The notes: generated by a model not told the origin, from the letters alone. 32,000 nt of DNA from Candidatus Saccharimonas aalborgensis (GCF_000392435.1 NC_021219.1:540001-572000), one strand, 5' to 3'; shown: positions 17,393-26,283, counted from the stretch's first letter. A program made the numbers and translations.

Positions 17393-18685
17393 ATGAAGCA
17401 GACGGCAGTCAAACTTGTGAGGCGTGTTGTATCCAAGAGGGCGATTAGCCGACTTGAAGATACATATCGAAAGAACCGCGCTCGGCTGCTTGGTATGCGT
17501 TATGGTCATCCGGCCAAGCACCTCCGAGTAATTGCCGTGACGGGAACGAACGGAAAGACCACAACAGTCAATTATCTCAACGAAATTCTCAAGGAAGCCG
17601 GTTACACCACTGCTATGTTTAGTACGTCGACGATTGAAGTAGCGGGTGTATTAACACCAAATGACCTCAATGCCACCGTGGCTTCAACAGGGCGAATGCA
17701 GCAGTTTTTTCGCGACGCAAAGCGTTCTCAGGTAAACTTTGTGGTCATGGAGTTCCCTAGCCACGCCATTCATCAGCACAAACTCTACGGGGTACCGGTC
17801 GATATGGCGATCATGACTAATCTCACCCAAGATCACCTTGACTACCACGGCACAATGGAGGCGTACGCTGAGGTAAAGGGAAGGTTATTTGCGATGGAAC
17901 CGCAATACGTCGTGCTCAACCGCGATGATACGTGGTTTGAGTATTTCAACCAGTTTCCGGCAGCAAGCCAAAAGATCACCTACGGCAAGCATGAAGAGGC
18001 TGAGGCCCACATTGACTCAGTCACCCTCTACCGCAAAGGTACTGAAGCCGTTGTCACTGTCGATCACCAGACAAAATTGGAACTTGCTACCAATTTGCCT
18101 GGCGAATTCAATGCCTACAACATGACGGCCGCCGCCGCTGCTGCCTATTTGCTTGGAGTGGAACTTGACGATATCGTCGAGGGAATTGCCAATCTCGAGA
18201 CTGTGCCGGGGCGCTTTGAGCGAGTTGCCGAGGGACTGCCCTATGATGTCATTGTTGACTATGCGCACACACCTGATGGGCTGGAAAAACTACTTACAGC
18301 AGCGAAAGCTATCACCAAAAACCGCGTGATCCTCGTATTTGGTGCCTGTGGTGACCGCGACAAGAGTAAACGCCCTCTGATGGGTGAGATTGCCGCTAGA
18401 CTGGCCGATCGCATCATCCTAACTGATGAGGAGAGTTACAACGAAGACCCTGCTCAGATAAGAGCGATGATTTACGACGGTATCGAAAGAACAAAGGGTG
18501 GCGCGATGAAGACCACCGAGATAGATGATCGGCGCGAAGCAATTTCCAAAGCACTGGGGGTCGCCACCAAGGGCGATACCATCCTTATCACTGGTATGGG
18601 ACACGAAGTCTACCGCATCATAGGTGGTAAACGAGTACCGTGGAATGATGCGGCAGTAGTACGGGAATTACTTGGCAAGAAGTAA
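17393..18685 (+). CDS. MurE-like Mur ligase (UDP-N-acetylmuramyl-tripeptide synthetase family)
   Basis: VIAVTGTNGKTTTVNYL, TNLTQDHLDYHGTMEAY, ERVAEGLPYDVIVDYAHTPDGLEKLL, FGACGDRDKSKRPLMG, ILITGMGHEVYR. Confidence 0.88.
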   Translation: MKQTAVKLVRRVVSKRAISRLEDTYRKNRARLLGMRYGHPAKHLRVIAVTGTNGKTTTVNYLNEILKEAGYTTAMFSTSTIEVAGVLTPNDLNATVASTGRMQQFFRDAKRSQVNFVVMEFPSHAIHQHKLYGVPVDMAIMTNLTQDHLDYHGTMEAYAEVKGRLFAMEPQYVVLNRDDTWFEYFNQFPAASQKITYGKHEEAEAHIDSVTLYRKGTEAVVTVDHQTKLELATNLPGEFNAYNMTAAAAAAYLLGVELDDIVEGIANLETVPGRFERVAEGLPYDVIVDYAHTPDGLEKLLTAAKAITKNRVILVFGACGDRDKSKRPLMGEIAARLADRIILTDEESYNEDPAQIRAMIYDGIERTKGGAMKTTEIDDRREAISKALGVATKGDTILITGMGHEVYRIIGGKRVPWNDAAVVRELLGKK

Positions 18686-18701
18686 GTAGGAGCTGAGTAT
18701 G

Positions 18702-18977
18702 TTATCCACGAGGCGTGCGCCAGTGATCAGCAGCAATATCCTCAGTTATTGTGGTGGCCTCGCCATTTCTGCGCTTACCAAAGCCGGCGACCTTGACCAC
18801 TTCGGCACCAACTTTACCTTCTGGGCCGCCTAGATCACTTGCGAGCATTTCACGCAACGCGTCAATTTCATCAGGGTTACCTGCTGCCAGTTCAGCTAAT
18901 TGTCGGGCGGCTGCGAGATCTGCTTCGGTGAAAGCACTTGTTTTGTTTGTGTCTGTGGTGGGGATTTCTTTATTCAT
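18702..18977 (-). CDS. Small soluble protein of unknown function
   Basis: 91 aa; TATCAT exactly 6 nt upstream of ATG. Confidence 0.5.
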   Translation of the reverse strand: MNKEIPTTDTNKTSAFTEADLAAARQLAELAAGNPDEIDALREMLASDLGGPEGKVGAEVVKVAGFGKRRNGEATTITEDIAADHWRTPRG

Positions 18978-19030
18978 GACATGATGATAGCATAAACATT
19001 ACGATATGTCAATAAGGTGAAGCAATATAG

Positions 19031-20077
19031 TTAAAACCACTGGCGTCGTTTGAGCCGGTAACTCAAACTTACGGTGGCGCGCTGACCAATTTTTTGCCAA
19101 CGACGATAGGCTGATTGATTCACCACGAGGTCATAACAACCGATATAATCCGTCACTTTTTTGTTGAAGCTCGTCTTGAACCTTCCGATGCCATAAAAGG
19201 GATGAGTCGTGTCTTGTATGTCGCTGCTATGCGGTGCGCCGCAGAGGTCGTACTCACTAACGCCTTTTGCTTTCATCCACTTGATAATCTCCCACTGCAA
19301 CAAATGGCTGGCGCCGTAGACAGTGCGTTCGCGGACCGAGGCGCCATCTTTATAGAGACCCCTTTTGCCGAGGTACATGCAGTAGGCAGCTGCCACGAGC
19401 CTAGACTCGTGGTAGGCAAAGAAAAGCTGCCCGTGATCGGCATCTGCTAGACGTTTCCAAAAAGCGGAATAGTACTGATAGCTCTTGAGGGAGCTCTCGA
19501 AGCGACCTGAGGCGGTGCTGCTAAGGAGGGTGAACATTTCGCGCATGGTTTGTTCAGTCAGAGAAACTGGTGCCACAGTCACGCCATCGCGCTCGGCACG
19601 GTGAATGGCATGCCTGCCTTTTTGATTGAGTGAGGCCATTATTTCGTCCTCGGAGCCAGAAATATCAAGTAGTACCGTCGAAACATTAGGCTGGATGGCT
19701 GCGGTGTGAACCAGGCCTAAGGTGCTGAGGCGCTCATGGAGTGGCTTGCTCTCGAGGAGCTCGGGCTCAATTTTTACAGCAAAAACAGATTGGGTACGTG
19801 CCAGTTGACGGAGGGAATCGAGTAACGATGTCAATTCAGTTTCATTCACGACGCCGGGGCCCTTGGGAATATACCAGTAGTTTCCGAGTAGCGGGACGCG
19901 TTTTTGGAGTACCGTGACGGCAAGGCCTTTCACTATGAGATAGCGGGGGAGCCATCCGTTGAGACGCTTGGTTTCAGCCAATTCTCTTAGTTGAAATACG
20001 TTTCCACCATCGGGGTTGTTAGAGAGGAGCGAGTCCCATCGCTCGATTTCTTCAGTAGTGGCGAAGCGTGCATCCAT
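19031..20077 (-). CDS. FemAB/FemX-like aminoacyltransferase, second copy
   Basis: KGPGVVNETELTSLLDSLRQLARTQSVFAVKIEPE, SLNQKGRHAIHRAERDGV, LQWEIIKWMKAKGVSEYDLCGAP, GIGRFKTSFNKKVTDYIG. ATG 20077 fits a TATACT-N6-ATG. Confidence 0.82.
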   Translation of the reverse strand: MDARFATTEEIERWDSLLSNNPDGGNVFQLRELAETKRLNGWLPRYLIVKGLAVTVLQKRVPLLGNYWYIPKGPGVVNETELTSLLDSLRQLARTQSVFAVKIEPELLESKPLHERLSTLGLVHTAAIQPNVSTVLLDISGSEDEIMASLNQKGRHAIHRAERDGVTVAPVSLTEQTMREMFTLLSSTASGRFESSLKSYQYYSAFWKRLADADHGQLFFAYHESRLVAAAYCMYLGKRGLYKDGASVRERTVYGASHLLQWEIIKWMKAKGVSEYDLCGAPHSSDIQDTTHPFYGIGRFKTSFNKKVTDYIGCYDLVVNQSAYRRWQKIGQRATVSLSYRLKRRQWF

Positions 20078-20183
20078 ATCATTAGTATAGCAGCCGATGA
20101 GGAGCACATTGACAAAATAGCATAAGTGTGATAGCATACCTATATCAGATATCACTAACACAAACAAAAAAGGAATTACGATA

Positions 20184-20666
20184 ATGAACGAATATAACAA
20201 ACCAGATCAGGGCGCGCTGCCGCGAGGCGGTACGATGCTGCTCGAGAAAGCGGATCCAGTACCTGAGACGGAAACAAAAGGTGAAGGCGTCCCACCGGTG
20301 CCACCACGTGAAACGATGGTGGACGGAGCAGATGACAATGATGCTGCATTTGAGCGTGTGCTTGGTGAGACCGGTATGACACCAGAGGAAAAAGCAGGGT
20401 TTGGAAGTGGCGTCTTAGACGCATTTGCCGCCGAGGAGGCAGCTAAAGATTTAGGTGATACTGGGGATGCGGTGCCTGAAGGCGAGCTGTCTGGAAAAGA
20501 AGGTCATCCGGGAGCTGATATCGTTGACCTCGCTGAGTACCGACAACGACGAGCAGCGGAAACAGCACCTGTTCTTGGTAGTGATGCAAGTGTAACGGAT
20601 ATAGCGGATGCACCAAGCATGCGTGGTGACGCTCCAGAGGATCATGAACCAACACCAGCAGCCTAG
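20184..20666 (+). CDS. Acidic, probably disordered protein of unknown function
   Basis: MNEYNKPDQGALPRGG..., low-complexity Glu/Asp/Pro/Ala; RBS aaagga upstream. Confidence 0.5.
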   Translation: MNEYNKPDQGALPRGGTMLLEKADPVPETETKGEGVPPVPPRETMVDGADDNDAAFERVLGETGMTPEEKAGFGSGVLDAFAAEEAAKDLGDTGDAVPEGELSGKEGHPGADIVDLAEYRQRRAAETAPVLGSDASVTDIADAPSMRGDAPEDHEPTPAA

Positions 20667-20685
20667 AAGGGCGCGTGACAAACAA

Positions 20686-20709
20686 AAACGGGGATAGTCC
20701 CCGTTTTTT
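20686..20709 (+). terminator. Rho-independent terminator
   Basis: aaaACGGGGatagtCCCCGTTTTTT. Confidence 0.85.
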
Positions 20710-20726
20710 GGTGAGGTGCTTATTTA

Positions 20727-21197
20727 CTACTGTGGATGCGAGAGAAAATCGATTTCTTTGATGATATCGAGTAACGCTTGAGCACGACGTGCCTCATCGA
20801 CAATCGCTTTGGCTGCTTCGTGCGCTGGGGCGATAAGCGTTTTGTCGTCGGTTGAACGGATAAGTAAGAGGTAGGTATCGAACTTCTCCTCTGGGGCCAG
20901 GGTGAGTTTGTCGACAAGTGGCCGTAGCTCGGTGATTGCCTCTTGCTTGACGCTATCGAGGTTATCAGATGAAGTGGGCATGGTGAGCGGCGTAGTAGGA
21001 TCGGTGGCTGGCGGGACGGGTGGTTCCACTGACGCAGTCGGATCATCGGCAGCAGGAGCAGCTGGCATTGGAGGTAGCGGTGGGATCACTGTTTGTTGTG
21101 CGGCGGCCTCGTCGGCCTCGCCGCTCACACCTGCTAACACTTTAGCAAGTTCCTGGTCGTCACTAATTGATTGCTGCAGTTGCGGTTTAATATCCAT
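20727..21197 (-). CDS. Protein of unknown function with Pro/Ala-rich linker and C-terminal helical domain
   Basis: PPLPPMPAAPAADDPTASVEPPVPPATDP linker followed by ELRPLVDKLTLAPEEKFDTYLLLIRSTDDKTLIAPAHEAAKAIVDEARRAQALLDIIKEIDFL. Confidence 0.6.
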   Translation of the reverse strand: MDIKPQLQQSISDDQELAKVLAGVSGEADEAAAQQTVIPPLPPMPAAPAADDPTASVEPPVPPATDPTTPLTMPTSSDNLDSVKQEAITELRPLVDKLTLAPEEKFDTYLLLIRSTDDKTLIAPAHEAAKAIVDEARRAQALLDIIKEIDFLSHPQ

Positions 21198-21288
21198 ACC
21201 CACCTCTGATAGTTAGATTATTCTTATGCTTACTTACTACATACTGTATCATAGAAGGAGAATAACTCGCAAGACGAATGGTGGGAAA

Positions 21289-22338
21289 ATGCTTGACGAC
21301 GTAAATGTTTTGAAACAACGCGATGCGAAAGGGCTGCTTGAGGATGCGGCTGCACTGTGTCAACAGGTCTCGTACCAAGCTGTTATTGAAGATAGTGAGC
21401 ACGATGGCCGACATATCACACATGTCGTGGTGGCAGGTATCGATGTACCTGCGCTGGCGGGTGATTTGGTAAAGACGATGTTGGGGGATCAGCTCACTGT
21501 TCCGTATGAGGTAGTGAGAGAGCATACGTTGCCAGCATCGGTGAGTTCAACGACGCTTGTTGTTGTTTGTAGCTATAAAAACGACAGCGACCAGGCGCGT
21601 GCGTGTTTGGAACAAGCGTTGGCGCATCATCAGCGTCCGCAAGTGGCCTTGATTGCAGCAGAAAAAGAGCTTCTAGAGAGGGCGGCGACTCACCACGTTG
21701 CGCGCGTCGCACTATCACCTGAAGGAAGGGCGCAACTGAATGTGATTGTCATCGCTCGGTCGCTCCTGCGCATCTTGGTTCAGTTTGGTGTTGTGCCCGT
21801 TAGTACCTATGATGCACTTGAGCGAACAAAAGCGTTTTTGGCGCACGAAAGTGAACAGTGGAGCAAGGAGACAGTGATTCAACATAATTACGCTAAACAA
21901 CTTGCCCTACTGGCTGTCGGTAAAACACTGGTATTCTACGCTCCCGAGACGTTTGGTTTTGTGGCGCACGCCTGGAAGAATGCTTGGAACAAAACTGCCA
22001 AAAATATCGCATTTTGGAACACGTTTCCGGAAGCGGCCTATGGTGAGCTACTGGGATGGACATCTCACCCCATTGAGAAACCATTTGCCATTTTTGATCT
22101 GAGAAGTTCACTCGAGAGCACTCGGGCGACAAGAGGATTTGATGCGACCGACAAACTATTGAGCGGTCGCCGTCCCAAATCGACATCAGTCTACTTGCCA
22201 GGGGAGACACTTATGGAGCAAGTGGTGGCGGGCTATGTACTCGCTCAGTTTGTGAGCATATACGTTGCTATCCTCAACAATGCTAACCCATCGGACGATA
22301 CGCTGATCGAGCGCTACCAAAAAGAGACTCAGGTTTAG
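21289..22338 (+). CDS. Phosphoglucose/phosphomannose isomerase-like (SIS domain) protein
   Basis: HVVVAGIDVPALAGDLVKTML, SSTTLVVVCSYKNDSDQARACLEQAL, ETLMEQVVAGYVLAQFVSIYVAILNNANP; PGI/PMI family pattern. Confidence 0.55.
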   Translation: MLDDVNVLKQRDAKGLLEDAAALCQQVSYQAVIEDSEHDGRHITHVVVAGIDVPALAGDLVKTMLGDQLTVPYEVVREHTLPASVSSTTLVVVCSYKNDSDQARACLEQALAHHQRPQVALIAAEKELLERAATHHVARVALSPEGRAQLNVIVIARSLLRILVQFGVVPVSTYDALERTKAFLAHESEQWSKETVIQHNYAKQLALLAVGKTLVFYAPETFGFVAHAWKNAWNKTAKNIAFWNTFPEAAYGELLGWTSHPIEKPFAIFDLRSSLESTRATRGFDATDKLLSGRRPKSTSVYLPGETLMEQVVAGYVLAQFVSIYVAILNNANPSDDTLIERYQKETQV

Positions 22339-23561
22339 TGATATTGACGGAGTGACTCAATGGTGTCTTTTCGGGCAGCTCGTAGGGCAGGGTAGAGGCC
22401 AAATATAATGCCTACCCCCGTCGACATCGTGAATGCCGCCAGAGCAGTTGACCAGGTGATAGCGGGAGCAAAAAATAGAAAATTACAAATAATGAACGCT
22501 GCGACGTAGCCGAGCAGATAGCCAAAGAACCCGCCAAGCAGACTGATCATGAGCGATTCGATCAAGAACTGAGTGATAATCGTGTGATTGCTGGCGCCAA
22601 CTGCCTTACGGATACCGATTTCACGAGTTCGTTCGGCGACCCCCACAAGCATAATATTCATAATCCCAATGCCGCCAACGAGAAGTGAGATGGCGGCGAT
22701 AGCGGTCATTACCTGTATGAGGGCGCGGAATAATTGGCTCGTTGGCGTGCCAATGTCTTTGCCTGATATAAGCGTGAAATCTTCCTCGCCCTGATGATTG
22801 TTGCGCAGCGTTTCACGAATAGCCGCGCTGAGAGCTGTAAGGTTCTGCGGTGAGTCGGCCTGGACGTTTATCTGTTGAATTTGTGGTCTGCCCTGGTGAA
22901 GTTGTTTACCGCTCGTCAGACTAATGAGGGCGGCATGATTGAAGTCGACGTTGTTGTAATTGATCGGATTTGGAATTGTATTGAGAACGCCGCTGACCAT
23001 GAAACGCTGCCCCCGCAAGGTAAATGTCTGGCCGATGGGGCGTTCGGTGCCAAATAGGTCGATAGCGAGTTGGTGTCCCAGGACAGCGGTCGGAATAGCC
23101 GTGTCGGAGTCGATAAACTGTCCTTCCCGCACCGATAGTTTGCTCACCGTAGTAAAGTTAGTTGTTGTGGCAACAACAACAGTATTGCTTACCGACGTTT
23201 TTCCCGCCGTGAGTGTTCCTTCAATTGTCATAAGAGGGACAACGGCAGCAGCGTGAGGAAGCTGTGAAAGTGTTGCTACATCCTCCTCAGTGAGGGTGCT
23301 TGTACCAAAGGCAGTTTGCGCGACAGGGTTGGCATAGGAGTTGATACCTCTGAGTGTTGGTGCGCCAGGACGGATAAGGGTGAGGTTACCACCGAGTGCC
23401 TCTACTTGCCGATCAATGACGCGACTGGCGCCGCCGCCGAGTGCCAAAATAGTAACGACGCTGGCGACACCGATGGCAATACCAAGGGTAGTGAGGATGC
23501 TACGACCCCTGTTTCGTCTGAGTGAACGATAGGCGTTTTCGATATGATCAGTGAGCATCAT
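22335..23561 (-). CDS. MacB/FtsX-type ABC transporter permease
   Basis: SLRRNRGRSILTTLGIAIGVASVVTILALGGGA, GGIGIMNIMLVGVAERTREIGIRKAVGASNHTIITQFLIESLMISLLGG. Confidence 0.9.
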   Translation of the reverse strand: MMLTDHIENAYRSLRRNRGRSILTTLGIAIGVASVVTILALGGGASRVIDRQVEALGGNLTLIRPGAPTLRGINSYANPVAQTAFGTSTLTEEDVATLSQLPHAAAVVPLMTIEGTLTAGKTSVSNTVVVATTTNFTTVSKLSVREGQFIDSDTAIPTAVLGHQLAIDLFGTERPIGQTFTLRGQRFMVSGVLNTIPNPINYNNVDFNHAALISLTSGKQLHQGRPQIQQINVQADSPQNLTALSAAIRETLRNNHQGEEDFTLISGKDIGTPTSQLFRALIQVMTAIAAISLLVGGIGIMNIMLVGVAERTREIGIRKAVGASNHTIITQFLIESLMISLLGGFFGYLLGYVAAFIICNFLFFAPAITWSTALAAFTMSTGVGIIFGLYPALRAARKDTIESLRQYH

Positions 23562-24421
23562 GATGCTTTTACCTTCTTTTTTGTCGCTGACTTGCGTGGC
23601 TTTCTTTTGCGTGTAGCCTTTTTGGGTGGGTCATCTTGCGTCGGTTCTGCTGGGACTATCTGCTCTTCACGAGCTTTGCGGTTTAGGGGAATAGAGACCG
23701 ATTCCTCATCGGCGAGTTGTACTTTGATCTTGATATCACTGGCAATTTTGCCATCCAACATCTTGATTACTCGGCTTGCATAGCTTGTGAGCGAGGGGTT
23801 GTGGGTCACCATGATAATTGTGTTTCCGCGCTTATGAAGGTCAGAGAGTTCTTCCATGATGACATGACTACTGCGGCTATCGAGATTGCCTGTTGGCTCG
23901 TCCGCCAAGATAATCGAAGGCTGGTTGACCAATGCCCGTGCAATAGCAACGCGCTGCATTTGGCCACCAGAGAGTTGCCAGGGCATGTAGTATTCGCGTT
24001 CACCAAGGTGAAAAGTTTTTAAGATTGCACTAGCAGCTTCGAGACGTTTTGTCCGTCCGATACCTTTATAAGTGAGGGGTAAGGCAACGTTTTCGAGTAC
24101 CGAGAGGCGGTTGATGAGATTGAAGCTTTGAAAGACAATTCCTATCTGCTGAGAACGGATGCGGGCGTGTTGTTTGCTCGAGAGGCTATCGACTGGCTTG
24201 CCGTCGAGCAGATAGTCACCCGCATCGGCACGGTCGAGCAGTCCGATAACGTTGAGAAGTGTTGTTTTACCACATCCGCTGGGTCCCATAATGGCGATAA
24301 ACTCACCTCTGTCGATTCGCAGATTGACGGTATCGAGTGCATTATGCTCAGCGTCGCCAATCCCATAACGCTTTGTTAGCGCCCTGAGTTCTATGACCGG
24401 CGTGGTGGAATTTTTTGGCAT
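23558..24421 (-). CDS. MacB/LolD-type ABC transporter ATP-binding protein with Lys/Arg-rich C-terminal tail
   Basis: [53 protein letters not shown]; tail [23 protein letters not shown]; start [20 protein letters not shown]; 4-nt overlap with permease. Confidence 0.92.
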   Translation of the reverse strand: MPKNSTTPVIELRALTKRYGIGDAEHNALDTVNLRIDRGEFIAIMGPSGCGKTTLLNVIGLLDRADAGDYLLDGKPVDSLSSKQHARIRSQQIGIVFQSFNLINRLSVLENVALPLTYKGIGRTKRLEAASAILKTFHLGEREYYMPWQLSGGQMQRVAIARALVNQPSIILADEPTGNLDSRSSHVIMEELSDLHKRGNTIIMVTHNPSLTSYASRVIKMLDGKIASDIKIKVQLADEESVSIPLNRKAREEQIVPAEPTQDDPPKKATRKRKPRKSATKKKVKAS

Positions 24422-24506
24422 CTGGAGCTTAGTATACGGGCGGGCAAAAAGAGAATGCAAGCGGAATGGCGAGGTTAAAAATACAACTGCTATACTGGGA
24501 TGGTAT

Positions 24507-24533
24507 GGAGAGGTGACCGAGTGGTTGAAGGTG
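24507..24533 (+). pseudogene. Truncated 5' copy of tRNA-Ser (27 bp)
   Basis: ggagaggtgaccgagtggttgaaggtg, identical to 24677..24703, followed by unrelated structured sequence. Confidence 0.85.
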
Positions 24534-24676
24534 AGAGCTGCCAGTCGGCAGCTCGCAAGATGATGTCACAGATGGGCTATGCACATCTGCCTGACTCATG
24601 GGGTCGCGGAACGTGACCACGCCTGGAGGACGTGCCCTGATGGCGTGCGGACTCAGATGGTACAATCGATATATAC

Positions 24677-24768
24677 GGAGAGGTGACCGAGTGGTTGAAG
24701 GTGCACGCCTGGAAAGTGTGTGTGCGGGGCAACCCGCACCGTGAGTTCGAATCTCATCCTCTCCGCCA
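24677..24768 (+). tRNA. tRNA-Ser (anticodon GGA), CCA encoded
   Basis: GGAGAGG...CACGCCTGGAAAGTGTG...TTCGAATCTCATCCTCTCCGCCA. Confidence 0.94.
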
Positions 24769-24888
24769 AGACTATAGCGATGGACTAAGCAGCAGTCGTT
24801 ATAAAATAAATGATCTTAAGATATGACAGTGCCCCGTTCCCTCTCGCGAGGAAACGGGGCTACCATCATCAGCGTGTTGCGCCGGTCG

Positions 24889-25539
24889 TCAGTAGACGAC
24901 GACGCGCGTACCGATCGGCGACGAGTCGAACACCCGCTTGGCGCCTGTCATGTCGCGCAGGTTCACGCAGCCGTGGCTGCCTCCAGACGGACTGCTCCAA
25001 CCCCACTCGGCGAACTCGTCGCTGAAGTGGATGGCGTAGCCGCCGATGAAGAACAATGAGAAGGGCATGCGCGCGCCATATTTGTAACTGTAAGCCGCGG
25101 GGTTTCGGTAGTAGACCCGGAAGACACCCCGCGGGGTGTTCATGCCGGGGCGACCGAAGCGCGCGTCGAGCGTGCCGGTGACTTGACCGTTCACGACGAC
25201 GAACAGCTTGTTGGCACCGGTGCTCGCGCAGAGCGCGATGCCCTTGATCTGGCAACGCGGGTCGATGCCGCTGATCGCGGGGTAGGCCGGCGCGGCCGGC
25301 TTGACGACCTTCTTCTTCGTCTTCTTCTTGGCTTTCTTTTTCGCCTTCTTGACCTTCTTCTTGGCGGTCGTCTTGGTCGCCACCACGCTGTGGTAGGCGG
25401 TGGTGACACCGGACGAGACCGGCGCGGCTGTGGCCGAGCTGGCGCCGACGAAGCCACCGAGCAAGCTGACGACGAGCGAGAGGATGGCGATGAAGGCGAG
25501 ACGGATACCGAACTTGTTTTTGCTGATGATGGGGTGCAT
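24889..25539 (-). CDS. L,D-transpeptidase (YkuD domain) with Lys-rich linker, exported
   Basis: Signal/TM region, TTAKKKVKKAKKKAKKKTKKKVVKP linker, catalytic motif IHFSDEFAEWGWSSPSGGSHGCVNLR; SD ggaggtgg precedes ATG 25539. Confidence 0.85.
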   Translation of the reverse strand: MHPIISKNKFGIRLAFIAILSLVVSLLGGFVGASSATAAPVSSGVTTAYHSVVATKTTAKKKVKKAKKKAKKKTKKKVVKPAAPAYPAISGIDPRCQIKGIALCASTGANKLFVVVNGQVTGTLDARFGRPGMNTPRGVFRVYYRNPAAYSYKYGARMPFSLFFIGGYAIHFSDEFAEWGWSSPSGGSHGCVNLRDMTGAKRVFDSSPIGTRVVVY

Positions 25540-25639
25540 CCCCACCACCTCCTTTTCTTTGGAGTCGGGGACTGACTGTGCTACTTTAACATGTTATAGA
25601 TAGTTTGTCTATATAAGAAGCCGAACTCTATAAAAAGCG

Positions 25640-25667
25640 AATGGCCCACCCCGTGAGGGATGGGCCA
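25640..25667. terminator. GC-rich hairpin between two minus-strand genes
   Basis: ATGGCCCA-ccccgtgaggga-TGGGCCAT. Confidence 0.5.
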
Positions 25668-25683
25668 TTGCCTGGATGGGGTA

Positions 25684-26283
25684 CTAGCGGCGCGTGAGGG
25701 TTGCGCCCTCGGGCAGTGCTTCGAACTGGGCGTATTCGGGTCGCGGCGTGTTGTCGCCACCAGCCCAGTACTGCCCCTCGCCACGCTTGGCGATCTGGGC
25801 CGAGCAGTGACGTGCAATGCCGTCCGTGAGCTTGTCGAGGAATTCGACCATGACCTTGCGGTCGTTGGCCTGACTCAGCCCGCTGCCGGCACCGGGGAAG
25901 CCGCGGTGAACCACGGCGTGCCCGAAGCGGAACTGCCCGCTGCCGAGTCGCCAGGGCTCCTCGGCGAAGACGGTCTCCATGGACACGCCGGGGTTCAACT
26001 GCATCCAGTCCAGTTTGGCCGCGGCGTTGACCAGGCGACGACGCGGTCCATCACCGAGGTGGAACTCCAGTAACACGTCGTCGAGGTAGGGCCGGCCGTG
26101 CTCGCGTACGGGGCTACAGACCAGGCCGCTGTAGGTGGCGCCAGGTTGTTCCTCGCCCTGCTCGATGAGCCAGGCGAGGTACCAGTGCACGTTGAACATG
26201 GCTCGCCTGACGGCCTGATCAAACACGTCGATGTCGCAATCGAAGGGAAGGGCGTCGACGTGCAGACGGAAGCTGTCGGTCAT
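25684..26283 (-). CDS. Protein of unknown function in a GC-rich island
   Basis: MTDSFRLHVDALPFDCDIDVFDQAVRRAMFNVHWYLAWLIEQ...; SD 'gagga' before ATG. Confidence 0.65.
   Translation of the reverse strand: MTDSFRLHVDALPFDCDIDVFDQAVRRAMFNVHWYLAWLIEQGEEQPGATYSGLVCSPVREHGRPYLDDVLLEFHLGDGPRRRLVNAAAKLDWMQLNPGVSMETVFAEEPWRLGSGQFRFGHAVVHRGFPGAGSGLSQANDRKVMVEFLDKLTDGIARHCSAQIAKRGEGQYWAGGDNTPRPEYAQFEALPEGATLTRR

Noticed and set aside
24507-24768. Single tRNA-Ser interrupted by a self-splicing group I intron
   Set aside because: The second copy is a complete tRNA including its own 5' half, so the insert does not split one tRNA; the insert is short and I could not find P/Q/R/S core elements. Kept as a duplication with structured insert.
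25183-25575. 130-aa plus-strand ORF with Leu/Gly/Arg-rich low complexity
   Set aside because: Antisense of the Lys-rich linker and catalytic domain of the L,D-transpeptidase in a high-GC segment, where long spurious ORFs are expected.
25660-26073. 137-aa plus-strand ORF
   Set aside because: Antisense to the better supported minus-strand gene, which has an SD before its ATG.
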